64,000 nt of DNA from Eledone cirrhosa (lineage: Eukaryota), in NCBI GenBank assembly GCA_964016885.1, contig OZ024741.1, positions 370,946,001-371,010,000 on the forward strand, written 5' to 3'. Both the position numbers and the translations under genes were made by a program. The notes under the pieces were generated by a model, which made no database searches, was not told the DNA's origin, and saw only the letters and a list, made by a program, of their open reading frames with translations. This document shows positions 15,337-27,000 of this stretch, piece by piece; position 1 is the stretch's first letter, and the number at the start of each line of letters is the position of its first letter.

Positions 15337-18300
15337 GTCCAACCTAAAGTCCAACCCCTCCTCAACGTGGCAGGGCGGTGGCAACGGGTAGTGTCAGAGC
15401 TATGCTGTCGGGAATTTCGGACCCTGGTAGGGCCACCCAAGGCGGATTGGTCTGGCACCCAGCGGTATTAGGGCCGCAACCCGGCAAAAGGGGCTCTGGT
15501 GAAAATCCAAGAGGTGTCTGTTCCGGTAACCGGCGGATTCGGGTCGTTTCTGTTCCTGCGTCTGTGGAGAATCTGCGGCAAACAGGACGTTTTTTTCCCC
15601 TCGTTCGGGATATACATGCGGTTTTGGGGGGGACCGCTTGTGAATTCACTACTCCCATGACACTTCTTCCATGAATCCTACAAATACGAACTATGAATAC
15701 GAATTGCCTTCCCGCTACGAACGCAATGCAAAGCAACAGCTCTCCTACAGCTATGGCTCTACAGGTTACTCCTGCAGTAGTCCCGTTCTTCAGACAAAGG
15801 AGGAAGGAATTGAGGGTGGCGTGCTGGAATGTCTGAACACTTCGTGACGACGGTATCCAGGCACTTACAATGAAGGCTCTGCACAGGTACTGCGGTAGTG
15901 TCGCTTGCCTTTCAGAAGTTCGACTTATACCATAGTGGCGGGACTGACAACAGTGGTCTTCACGGGGTCGCTGTAGCGCTCAGCCCCGACGCGCAAGCGG
16001 CTCTTCTGGCGTGGCAGCCGATCTCACACCGACTCGCGCTGGTTCGATTGAAGGGTCAAATCTCCAACGACAGCGTAATTGCCGTTTACGCTCCCACAAT
16101 CAATGCGGACGAGGCGGACAAGACGCAGTTCTATGCCGATCTCCAAACAACCGTAGATGGCGTCCTCTCCAGTGATGTTCTCATTGTCGCTGGGGACTGG
16201 AATGCGCGGACGGGGCCGGCTGATGATACAACATGGCATATTCTAGGACGCTTCGCCCTAGGCGTTCGCTGTGACAATGGTGAACGGCTCGTGTCCTTCG
16301 CGGATGCCAATCGTCTTATCGTCACCAACACCCGGTTCCAACATCCTCGGCGTCACCTCGTCACGTGGCGATCCAATGACGGAAGAACGGCCAATCAGAT
16401 TGATTACATCCTGGTCAGATCTCGGTGGGCCAGCTCAGTGATGGACTCGCGTGTGTATCGAGAGGCTGATACGGGCAGTGAGCATGGATCAGACCATCCT
16501 CTTGTTCGAGCAACCCTTCGTCTGCGGCTGCAGGCGAAACCTCCTCCTAACCGCCAGAAAAGGATCGACATCTCGCAACTCAACCTCGATGCTGGAAATG
16601 CTTTCCGGCTAGAGCTGCGAAACCGATTCCAAATGCTGAGTTACGAAGTGGAACAGCAACCCGAGCAGGAGTGGAACGCGCTCAAGGCGGCGACGGTGGC
16701 CAGAGAGCATCTCGGGTCGACCCAAAGACGCTATCGGGACCGGATCTCCGGCGGCACTCTTGAACTCGCGGAGAGGGCTGAGGTGACCCGACCCGAGGGT
16801 GCACCCAATCTTCGAGATCTCCGACGTCGCACATCTCGGGCTATTCGGGCCGATCGGAATGCACACTGGCGCGAATTTGCGGAGCAGACGGAGAGGGCAG
16901 CAGCCTGTGGTGACTCGTGCAAGCTCTACCAGCTGGTGAAGTGGGCCAGCCGAAGCAGTACGGGTATCAGCGAGATGATCCGTGATCGAAACGGGGCGGC
17001 CATTACCAATCTTAATGACCGGCTAGTCCGATGGCGGGACCATTTCTCCGAGCTGCTCAACCACCCGCCACCATCCACGCCAACCTACGTGCAGCCTTCC
17101 GGAGAAGAATACGGGTGCAGCACTGCCCCTCCAACAGTCGAGGAAGTAAGTGGTCTCCTCACACATCTCCGGAACAACAAGGCGCCGGGCGAAGATGGCG
17201 TTCCAGCTGAGGTCTACAAGGCCGAGCCTGATGTCTTCGCAGCTTGGCTCCATCGAGTCTTCTCCTCGGTGTGGGCGACGGAGCGGTTCCCTGGTGACTG
17301 GAGCGAGGCAACTCTCCTACCCTTCTTCAAAAAAGGCGACAGGAAACTGTGTTCCAACTACAGGGATATCAGTTTAATTGACGTTGCTGCCAAAACCTTC
17401 GCAATTCTTCTGCTGAAGAGGTTCCAGGTCATCCTTGATGTGCGTACCCGTCCTTCTCAGGGCGGCTTCCGTTCAGGGAGGGGTGCGTTGATCAAATCTT
17501 CAATCTCCGGCGTGTCCTGGAACAACGGTGGACACATCAACAGCCTACCGTCCTCTGCTTCATCGACTTTGCAGCTGCCTTCGACTCGGTAGATCGGGAA
17601 GCCCTATGGCGTATAATGCAGGCGGGCGGCATCCCAGTGAAGCTGCTTCGTCTCATACAAGGCTACTACCGGTCGACTACTACTACTCGGTGTTCGGCTG
17701 GGGTGTGCGCTATCGCCAACTCTCTGTGCGCTATCGCCAACTCTCTACGCCATTGACTACACTCTCAACACAGCGCTCCGGGATTACCCGGGCGTAGAGG
17801 TCGGGAGAGGGGTCGTGGTGACGGACCTGGCCTACGCGGATGACATCGCGCTGATGGACGCTAACGGGACAGATGTACAAGGTGTTCTCGAAAGAGTGCA
17901 CACCGCAGACGCCGCTGTTGGTCTACGAATCAATGCCGCCAAGTCGAAAGTCATGACGTCACTGGTCTCGCCTGATGCCTGGTAGCCAATATCTCTCGAG
18001 CCTGGAGGATGTGGAGTCCTTCGTTTACCTGGGATCAACAGTGGTTCCAACGGGACAGGGCGCAGCCGAGGTCAAGCGTCGCATAGGTGCTGCCAGATTC
18101 GCTTTTGGGAGCCTCCAGCGGTGTCTGTGGGACAGAAGAGAGATCACCTCGGCGACCAAAGGGCGAATCTACCAGGCCGTCGTTCGCACTATCCTCCTCT
18201 ATGGCTGTGAAACATGGCCTATGGGGGTAGTCGATCAACGAGGGCTGGAAGTCTTCGACAATGACTGTCTCCGCCGCATTCTTCGCTGCCGACGCGTTGA

Positions 18301-18697
18301 TCGGGTACTTACCACCAGTCTTCGTCTTCGCCTGAATCTTCGACCCTTTCCTTCGGTGGTTCTGCAACGGCGCTTGAGATGGTTTGGTCACGCAGCCCGG
18401 CGCCCTGAGGGTGAGCTGATCCGCGATGTTCTCCTCCCTACTCCCTAACTGGCGCAAGCGCGTTGGCGGACAGCTGAAGACCTGGGCAACGACGATCAAG
18501 GAGGACCTCTCTGAACTCTCAGGTCCGCAGGTGGTCGGCCTGCGCCGATGGAACCGTGACTGGCTCGCTCTTTCCAGTGACCTAGTCCGGGACCGTCGTA
18601 CGTGGGCTGGCATGGTTCGGGATGCCGTCAGGACAAGGGAAGAAGCCGGCTCAACGCGTCCAGGGTGAATGTCGACACAAGTACAAGTACAAGTAAG
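15337..18697 (+). mobile_element. RTE-clade LINE, apparently full length, inactivated
   Basis: TACAAACGGGG direct repeat at 15326-15336 and 18698-18708 (TSD); 3' (CAAGTA)n tail; APE and RT motifs inside. Confidence 0.9.
15693..18668 (+). pseudogene. APE endonuclease-reverse transcriptase ORF of the RTE element (stops and frameshifts)
   Basis: VYAPT, GDWNAR, NQIDYILV, SDH (APE); KAPGEDG, KKGD..CSNYR, LAYADDI (RT); LLYGCETW, RLRWFGH (RTE C-terminus). Split over ORFs 15898-17592, 17975-18448 and 18426-18668. Confidence 0.9.
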
Positions 18698-18726
18698 TAC
18701 AAACGGGGTAAAAATATATATATATA

Positions 18727-21692
18727 GGCCGGGAATGGAGGTGGGGTGGCAGTACAGTTTAGGAAAGGACTGGATCTCGAGGTCAGGTCGATCTTCCGGG
18801 ACCCGGACGGTAAGTTGGTGGTCTTGGATGTGAGCAGTAGCGAAGGTGGTGCCTTTAGACTGCTGGCCGTCTACGCCCCTACAGGGGCCGGACCACCGGA
18901 CTTCTTTAGGCGCCTGAAGACCTTTCTGGGTACGTCTCGCCCTTTACTGTTAGCGGGGGACTGGAATAGCATCTTAGACGCACGCTGGGATTGTGTGGTA
19001 GTAGCCGATAGGAGCGGGGGGTGCAAAAGCCTCAAGCACCTACCCAGCCAGTTCCAACTATCTGACAGATATCGACTAGATTTCCCCAATGTGCCAGTAT
19101 GGACATGGACCAACCGAATGGGGTCATCTAGATCGTATATAGACAGGATCTTCATTAGGAAAATAGATAGAAATAGTGTAGGCTGCCCACTTTTTAAAAC
19201 GGTCGCCTATTCACATCACAAATTTGTGATCTGTACGGTCAACCTAGATAAAACGCGTAGGTTAGGACCGGGTTACTGGAAGCTGAACATGTCATTTCCG
19301 GCACGTAAGGCTTACAGGGACCGAGTCAACAATTAAGTTAAGCAAAAGTTGACAGGGGGATCATTAACAACAGATGGTGAGGGGCTCTCAAAGAGAGATT
19401 AGAGTAACTTCGATAGAGTTCAGCAAAGAACTAGCGTTAGAGAAAAATAGAAAGGAGGGGGAGCTGGTAGATAAGTTAGACGAGGCTATTTGTAGTGGCA
19501 TTGCAACTGACGTGATAGCGGCGAGAATGGCATTGGACCATTTCTTCAATGCGAAATACGAAGGTTGCATTGTCAGAGCTAAGACGCGTGCGCTGAGAAA
19601 CGAGGGAACCAAAGCTGTTCGATGGGCCCGCGTGACGGAGGCGCAGCGTGGTAATAAAACCACAATTCGGTCTTTGGCGGACCGAGACGGACACGAGATA
19701 AGCGATTCCAAGCGGATGTGTAAGGCCTTTCGCCAGCACTTTGCTCGGTAGTTCGGGGAAAGTGGCAAGTCAGAGAGAGTAGCGGATTTCAGTCCCTATC
19801 TTGACGGCTTGCCGCGCATCTCGACGGTCGACGCTGAACGCAGCGAAAGGCCGATTACTTCAGCCGAAATTCAGGACGCCCTTGTCGGCTGCATGAGGCG
19901 CCCTCTCTCTTCCCTTCTGTACGTATTGACTCTCGACCCTTTACTGCGGAAGCTGGAGCTGTTGCAGGGCAACCCGCTCAAACCGGGACATGGAAAGGCG
20001 GTGTCGGCTTATGCGGACGACATCACCGTGATGGTGTCGAATACCTCAGAAATCGAGGTGGTCGGCACCTTATTGAAGGAATATGAAAGGTTGACAGGAG
20101 CCAAACTTAACCCGGAAAAGTCGGTGGGCTTGCAGCTCGGAACCTGGAGAGGCAAGCCCATGCCATCCAACAGAGTCGTGGGGCGCTGGACGGACGTACC
20201 GATAAAGTTGCTCGGGGTTTGGTTCGGACCAGACCGCCAGGTGGAAAAGAATTGGGACGAGGTAACGAGCAGAGTAGCCAGTCTCACCCAAAAATGGGCT
20301 GGGAGGAAGCTATCACTGAAAGGTCGCGCGGAGGTGGCGAATGCGTACATCGCGTCCGTCATCTACTACCGCCTGACCGTCGCGCCTTGCCTCCGTCCGC
20401 TTCTCGTCAAGTTGGAACGGCGCCTCTTCAAATTCTTGTGGAGGGGACAAGTTCCGTTGGTGAGGCGGTCCATCTGCTGCCAGCACTCTCTACGCGGAGG
20501 GCTGGGCATGCCGTGGCTAATGATGCGCAGACATGCGTTGAGGCTGCGACATCTCCAGATATTCTACCTAAACGGTGAACAGGTGTGGTCGCCGTTTATC
20601 AGACGGGCCTTTCCGCAGCTCCTTACTTTGACTGAGCTGCAGTCCTGGGTCAAGAAGAGACCGAGACTGGGTGACTGGCACCTGGAATGTTGCCAGGCAC
20701 TCACTGCCCTCTACCAAGCGGGCAATGCGATCAGTGGAACTTCCACTCTCGAGTTCTATAGAGGATTAGTGGTGGGCAAGTGCGATGATGCACTCGGAGA
20801 AGCTTTGGGCCTCGACGAAGTCGAACTGACCAGTCTGTACAGGAGGACTTTCGAGCCGGGGACGATGGACAATTTCCAGAAATACCTCGCTTGGCAGTGC
20901 TACCGGGGGGCACTGCCGGTTCGGGATAAACTCTACAGGCACGGAAGTGCTGTCAGACGGACCTGCCCAAGATGCGCACAGAACGACGAAACCGTTCTGC
21001 ACGCACTTATCCAATGTCCGTGCATTACTGACTTGTGGAGTTATGTCGAACAGCGACTGTCGCGTGTGGAACGAATCCGGCTATCGGTCGAGTCCATAGT
21101 GAAGATCGACCCGCCGCCTTCCTTAGGTCAGGAAGAGCAGGAAATTTTCCTCTGTCTGGTGGCAGTTTTGAAAGAGGTTATATGGTGGACCAGATTAAAA
21201 GAACTGAAGACAGACACTTTTCTCTTCGGCCAATCCCTCAACTTCTTCAAGTTTCACCTGGAAAGGAAGGTGAGGGTGGAGAGAGAAGTGCTCACCCCCC
21301 ACCCCCCACCCCCAGTACATTTGCTAAAAGGTGGATGAATGTGGCAAGAATGGCTCGTGTGAATGGGCCTACTCTGACCATGCGCCTATAGGCTTGCTAA
21401 CTTGAGGAGAGGGGTGCTCTCCCTGGGTGCCCTAGAAGCGCAGGGTGGTTCAGGATTGGTGAGATACCCTAGTCACCCCAGGGTCGTCCACCCCCTATTG
21501 GGGAATTTATTTTGTTATATTTATGCATAGTTTATTTTATATTTTTATATCTTCATTGTTAAATTAGTCTTGCCATTGTGCACTTTTACTCGACCTTATT
21601 GTAAACCCCCACTGTCTCTGTCTTTGTATTGTCCCCTACATGTCGGCCCTTGTGGCTAATAAATGAAATCATTATTATTATTATTATTATTG
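18727..21692 (+). mobile_element. L1/Tx1-clade LINE, 5'-truncated, with internal RT deletion
   Basis: APE motifs (VYAP, GDWN, IDRIF, GYWKLN); YADDIT; LSLKGR; C-terminal CPRC..ETVLHALIQC zinc finger; AATAAA followed by (ATT)n. Confidence 0.88.
19809..21338 (+). pseudogene. Tx1-like ORF2 C-terminal part (partial RT plus zinc-binding domain)
   Basis: PLSSLLYVL, YADD, LGVWFG, RGGLG and CCHC-type finger. The N-terminal RT motifs are missing between ALVGCM and RPLSS. Confidence 0.85.
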
Positions 21693-22945
21693 TTCTTTGA
21701 GTCTCAGTCATTGATGTTAGTTAACTGGAAAGTTTGTTGAAATGAATATCAAGCCTCTAACTGCAGCCTCAGATATTCAGGACGTATCGGAGGGTTCTTG
21801 CTGTTCCCAGCAAGCATGCCTTTTGAAGTGTTCCAAAAATCGGGGCGGGGCCAATTTTCTTTAACCATCCCTGGAAACTTTTTGAGATAGTACCTAGTGC
21901 GCCTATGACAATCGGGACCTCTTTGACTACATGGCAGTTCCAAATCCTTTTTACCTCCCACTTTAAGTCGTGGTATCGGTTAATTTTCTCCCTCTCCTTC
22001 TCTTGCATTCTCGTGTCGAATAGGCAGGCCACATCCACAATCAGGCACGATCTTTTTTCCTTGTCCAAAACCACCAGGTCAGGTCTATTGTGTTCCAGTT
22101 TCTTGTCCGTCTGTATCCTAAAATCCCACAGCACCTTCACCTGATCGTTTTCTATCACCGACTCTGGCTTATGCTCATACCACTTCTCAGAATGTGGTAA
22201 ATTGTTTACTTTGCATAGGTGCCAGTGGATCACCCTGCCCATCACATCATGTCCCCAGCCTTTATAGTGAGTCTGAGCTAGGTGTTTACACTCGGATACA
22301 ATGTGAGCCACAGTCTCCTCTCTCCACAGATCCTGCACAGTGGGCTAGCTTCTTCCTTGTAAATATGGTGTTTCAGCCACTTCGTTTTGAGGGCCTGCTC
22401 TTGCGCAGCCATTAGTATTCCTTCTGTAGCCTTTTTAAGGTCTCCTCTTTTCAACCAGTTCCATGTCTGTGGATCTCTGAATTCAGTTTTCTCAAAGAAG
22501 GTACTATGAAGGGATTTTTCATGAAGGCTGCTCTTTCTCCTTGTTGTTAATTCCTCTTTGGACATACCCTGGTCTATTGTTCTCTCCTTCAGTACAATTC
22601 TGAGCATTGGCTCCTTACTATCAGTCTCGTATTTGTGTAGGTTGTTTTTCTCCATCTGAACACAGTCCTCTATGCTGATAAGACCTCTTCCACCTTCATA
22701 TCTCCTTAAGTAGAGTCTATCGACATCACTCCTCTTGTGGAATATGTTGTAGATAGTCAATAGCTTCCTAGTCTTCCTATCCATTTCTTTCTGTTCAGCA
22801 ACATTCCATCTCAGAATTCCCGCACTGTACCTAATAATAGACACTGCTCAGGAATTTACTGCACTTATGGCATTCCTACTGTTCAGATATGACTTTAATA
22901 CGCTCCTTACTCGCCGAATGTATTCAGATCTTATCAATTCCTTCA

Positions 22946-22948
<3 letters not shown>
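21693..22948 (-). mobile_element. R4/Dong-clade non-LTR retrotransposon, 5'-truncated (restriction-like endonuclease domain)
   Basis: RLYLRR.EGGRGL, AAQEQAL, CRICG..ETVAHIVSEC, VLWDFRIQTD, NRPDLVV, IVDVA, PIVIGALG. Flanked on both sides by (TAA)n, the known Dong target. Confidence 0.88.
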
Positions 22949-23007
<59 letters not shown>

Positions 23008-23464
23008 GGCGACCTACGTAGTAAATCGTATCATCGTAAGCTCCGCAAAGGTTTGTTGTTTTCAGTTGTTTAAAATTGCCATTTATGGAAGTTTTTATTG
23101 TTAACTGTATATAAGTGCACATACATTGTTTTCTGAAAAGGACACTCAAAACGATTGGGGCCTTGAGCCCAAAATTTAAACTTTTATAATTATCAAACAA
23201 AACATTTTTCTTTGAAAAAATCATGGACGACTCAGAGTCACACCTTCCTCACAAACTAACACCTCACACCGACACCACCATTGTAAATATTACTACGTTT
23301 GCCAGCACTAAAAATATAAGCAGTAGCAATATTTTTAATTTGTCTCAGGCAGACATTCATTTCCCGCCATTACCAATGACTGCAGGTGTTGAAGCCGCCA
23401 CCCCACTACCACCACAGCGACAACAGAAACAAAAGAAAAAAATAAATTATCTCGTGATATCGAA

Positions 23465-25139
23465 ATGATTTCACCCAGAATGAACTCTTCCACACCGAAC
23501 ACCACTGACGCCACCACCACCACAACTGAAACTAAAATTAACAATAATAAAAATAACGATAACAACAACAGCAATAATGAGAATGAGAAAACCACCGTGT
23601 CTTTTGCCAGAGTAGCAAAAAAGTGCGAAGCATTCCAGGTAACTCAGGAGGAATTAGAAGAAGCCAAAAAATGGTAAAGAAAGATGGGTTCAGGGTCAGC
23701 CTCACACACACACATACACCTAATAAAATGGAGCATCGGCGCCTATGCACCGTGTCTTATCGGACGATTAACATAAAATCGCGCCGAGTGGAACGGGCAT
23801 CCGAGTCCCAAATCCAAAAAGATTTGGGACATGTGTGGGCAAAAGAAAACCACATCAGACGTGGGCAGAAATATGGAACCGTGGACGTGTTCTTTGAAAA
23901 CCACAGGAGGCCAGAGAACACTCCATGGCCCCATTAAGACGTGACGACTTCACACTCGTCCCAAGCTATTGTGATACTCGTGAAGATCAGGGTGACCCAC
24001 GTTCCACCGGCCATCGAAATTCCCTGGCTAATGGCTGCCGTCCTCGCCAGCATTGAAGCCAACACCAAGATAATCGAAATAGCGAAAGAAAAGCAGGAGA
24101 ACTGGTCCGGATCTGGGATGGAGCTCCTGATCCAAGCGGACCAAAAAAGCATTGAGGAGATCCCAGAGGTAATAGACCTCACTGACGGCAGCCACCTCAC
24201 CGTAATCGTCGAGGGCAGGCGGCCTAGGTGTGTCGTTTGTGGTGAAGGAACCCACCTAAGGGCTTTCTGCCCTCAGGCTAAAAGGTTGAGGCCACCTCTC
24301 TTACCCACCCCAGTGACTCAACCATCAACACCACCAGCAGCAGAAATGGCAGCAGCAACAGAAGCAACTGTAACAGCAACAACTCCATCAACAGTAGCAA
24401 AATCAACACCACCACTACCCAACGCCCCAGAACTAGCATCAGCGCCTACACCATCCACCATGCCACAACCAAAACCAACGCCTGTGGAGGATTTTCCACT
24501 CCCCGACCTATCGCAGCTGGAGACAGATTGTGACGACGAGGAGTGGGAAACGGTATCAGGAAAAAAGAAAAAAAGAAAAATTCCTCTTCCCTCCCCCTCC
24601 AAAAACAAAAACAGAGGGAAACAAATAAACTATCAAATAAAAAAGTTAGGACAGATATTCCACCATCCACACCAGCATCACCAACCCCATCACCACAAAC
24701 ACCAACACCATCACCATCATTAACCCCAACACCACCATCATTAACCCCAACACCACCATCACCAACACCACAAAAGTCACCAAAAAGCGAAACAGAAACA
24801 AACCCACAACAAACGCAAACAAAACAAAACAACCAAAACGATACACACTACACAGCATTAAATTTGAACAACAACCAATTATTACACTACATCCAACACA
24901 ACACCAACATTACAGAAAAAGACTACACAACAACTCAAAAGTTCACACCACCTCTACACATACAAATCACTCGCATCATACAGAAAACGTACACGACACT
25001 AAAACAAAAATTCCCCAAAGACATCGGAGACATCCGACAAACACTCTCCAGGAGGATTTATAAGGACATCCTTCCGGAGGAGGCCACAAGCGGTGAAAAG
25101 AATGGAGAAACCATCCTTCCTCTACGAGAAGTAAGATAA
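23465..25139 (+). pseudogene. Tx1 ORF1 (gag-like nucleic-acid-binding protein), disrupted
   Basis: SFARVA motif, VEGRRPRCVVCGEGTHLRAFCP zinc knuckle, WETVSGKKKKRK basic patch, Pro/Thr-rich tail; several frame breaks. Confidence 0.75.
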
Positions 25140-25173
25140 GTGGTCTTTCCCATCTTTTCCACTCCATTTCAAC

Positions 25174-26050
25174 ATGACCTCACTCAGAATAGGCAGCATA
25201 AATGCGCGTGGCTTGGGGTCGTCATGGAAGCAGGGCCACCTGCTCAACGACCTCAGGTCACTAAACATAGATGTAGTGGCCATCAGCGAGACCAGAATCT
25301 CCGAAGCACGGGCCTTCGCACCGATCTTCGGCGGCTACGATGTGTACGCATCTCCCAGTCGTCCTGGGACGGGGAGGAGTTGCTGTGCTTTTTCGGAGAG
25401 GTTTGGATCTCGCTATACGGGCCATCTTCCTGGACCCAGAAGGTAAGTTGGTGGTGCTGGACGTGACCAGCGGAGACGGGCAAGCTTTCCGGCTAGTGGC
25501 CGTCTATGCCCCGACAGGAGCAGGGCGGCCTGATTTCTTCCGGCGTCTTGAGACATTTCTTGGAAAGTCCCGCTCTTTAGTGTTAGTGGGCGACTGGAAC
25601 GGGATCTTAGATGCACGCTGGGACTGTGTGGGATTAGCGGATAGGGGAGGAGGGTGCAAGAGCCTCACCAACATGCTCAGGCGTTTTGAACTGTCTGACA
25701 GGTACCGATTGGATTTCCCGAATGTGCCAATGTGGACTTGGACAAATCGCATAGGGTCATCCAGATCATATCTAGATAGAGTATTTTGTAGGGAAATAAA
25801 TAGGTCTAGCATAGGCTGTCCACAATTCAAGATAGTCAGCTACACGGACCACAAATTCGTGATCTGTGTGCTTGGCTTAGATAGGCTTCATAGACGAGGA
25901 CCCGGCTAATGGAAGCTAAACGCATCCTTACCAGCGCGCAAGGCCTACAGAGACCGGATCAGAGAACTAGTTAAGCGGGCGTTGACGGGGGCCATCGTCA
26001 ACAACAAGTGGTGGTTTGCTCTGAAAAGAGCGATTAGAATAGAATCCATT
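25174..26050 (+). pseudogene. Tx1 ORF2 APE endonuclease, frameshifted and truncated
   Basis: SINARGL, ISETR, VYAPT, GDWN, SYLDRVF, TDHK motifs. Confidence 0.85.
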
Positions 26051-26171
26051 AGCTTTTTATTACATCCTCTGTTTTTTTTACACGCAGTAATGCCCATTTG
26101 TACCGTCCTGTATTGTCCTGTACTATCCTTAATGTCTACTTTATTTAAACCTTTGTGGTTAATAAAGAAAG

Positions 26172-26243
<72 letters not shown>

Positions 26244-26663
26244 CCTTTCGGTCATTCACACTCATATAAACTAGATTATTCCTCTATTCTTTCATTCATT
26301 CATATGTCATTCTTTATCTTTTTCCTTCAATAACCTACTGGGGAGACCACATATATATGTTTCATATATAGAATACATTTTATGATCTGTCACCAAATGT
26401 GGTTCAATGCACTCTATTATAATATGCTACATCATTTGTAGCAAACAAAACAACGACGCAGAAATAAATAATAATTGTGTCTTGGCCTTCACAGTATTTT
26501 GTCCACAACTTTGTTTTTGTTTAAATTGTAAATAACCTGTGTCTCCAAATAGATGATATTAAAACCCAAACTAGGTTGTAATAAATCTTAATATATTATG
26601 GTTTTAAGTGTAATTATTGGATAAAATGTGGACACACACATAACACATATGGATGTATAAACT

Positions 26664-26718
<55 letters not shown>

Positions 26719-26750
26719 AGATCAAAAGATGGTTAAAGGAGTTCCATGTA

Positions 26751-26817
26751 TTTTATTATGCGCATTTCAAAAACAAACATCATCATGCAATAATATTTGT
26801 GTTTTCATCAGATAAAA
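26751..26817 (-). ncRNA. Type I hammerhead ribozyme (minimal stem III)
   Basis: Minus strand: TTTTAT-CTGATGA-stem II-GAAA-TGCGCA-TA-ATAAAA. Stem I pairs; palindromic GCGC loop; AUA cleavage triplet. Confidence 0.75.
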
Positions 26818-27000
26818 CAGGAGAACATGATATGAAGGCTAAAAAACACTTGTGGATAGTGCAGTTTTAAATCAACATTGATCTTATATTATGCATACTC
26901 CAGTCCTACAAACTGTAGAGTGCTTCTTATCCGATATCTGCATTGCTTTATTGTACTACAATAAAACTCACCTCCTACATATATATATATATATATATAT

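Larger units (their letters stand above)
23008..26242 (+). mobile_element. Second L1/Tx1-clade element: 5' UTR, ORF1, endonuclease, large internal deletion, 3' UTR and (ATT)n tail
   Basis: ORF1 with CCHC knuckle; ORF2 begins SINARGL and closely resembles the 18746 copy; jumps to a T-rich 3' UTR at ~26050; AATAAA then (ATT)n. Confidence 0.85.
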
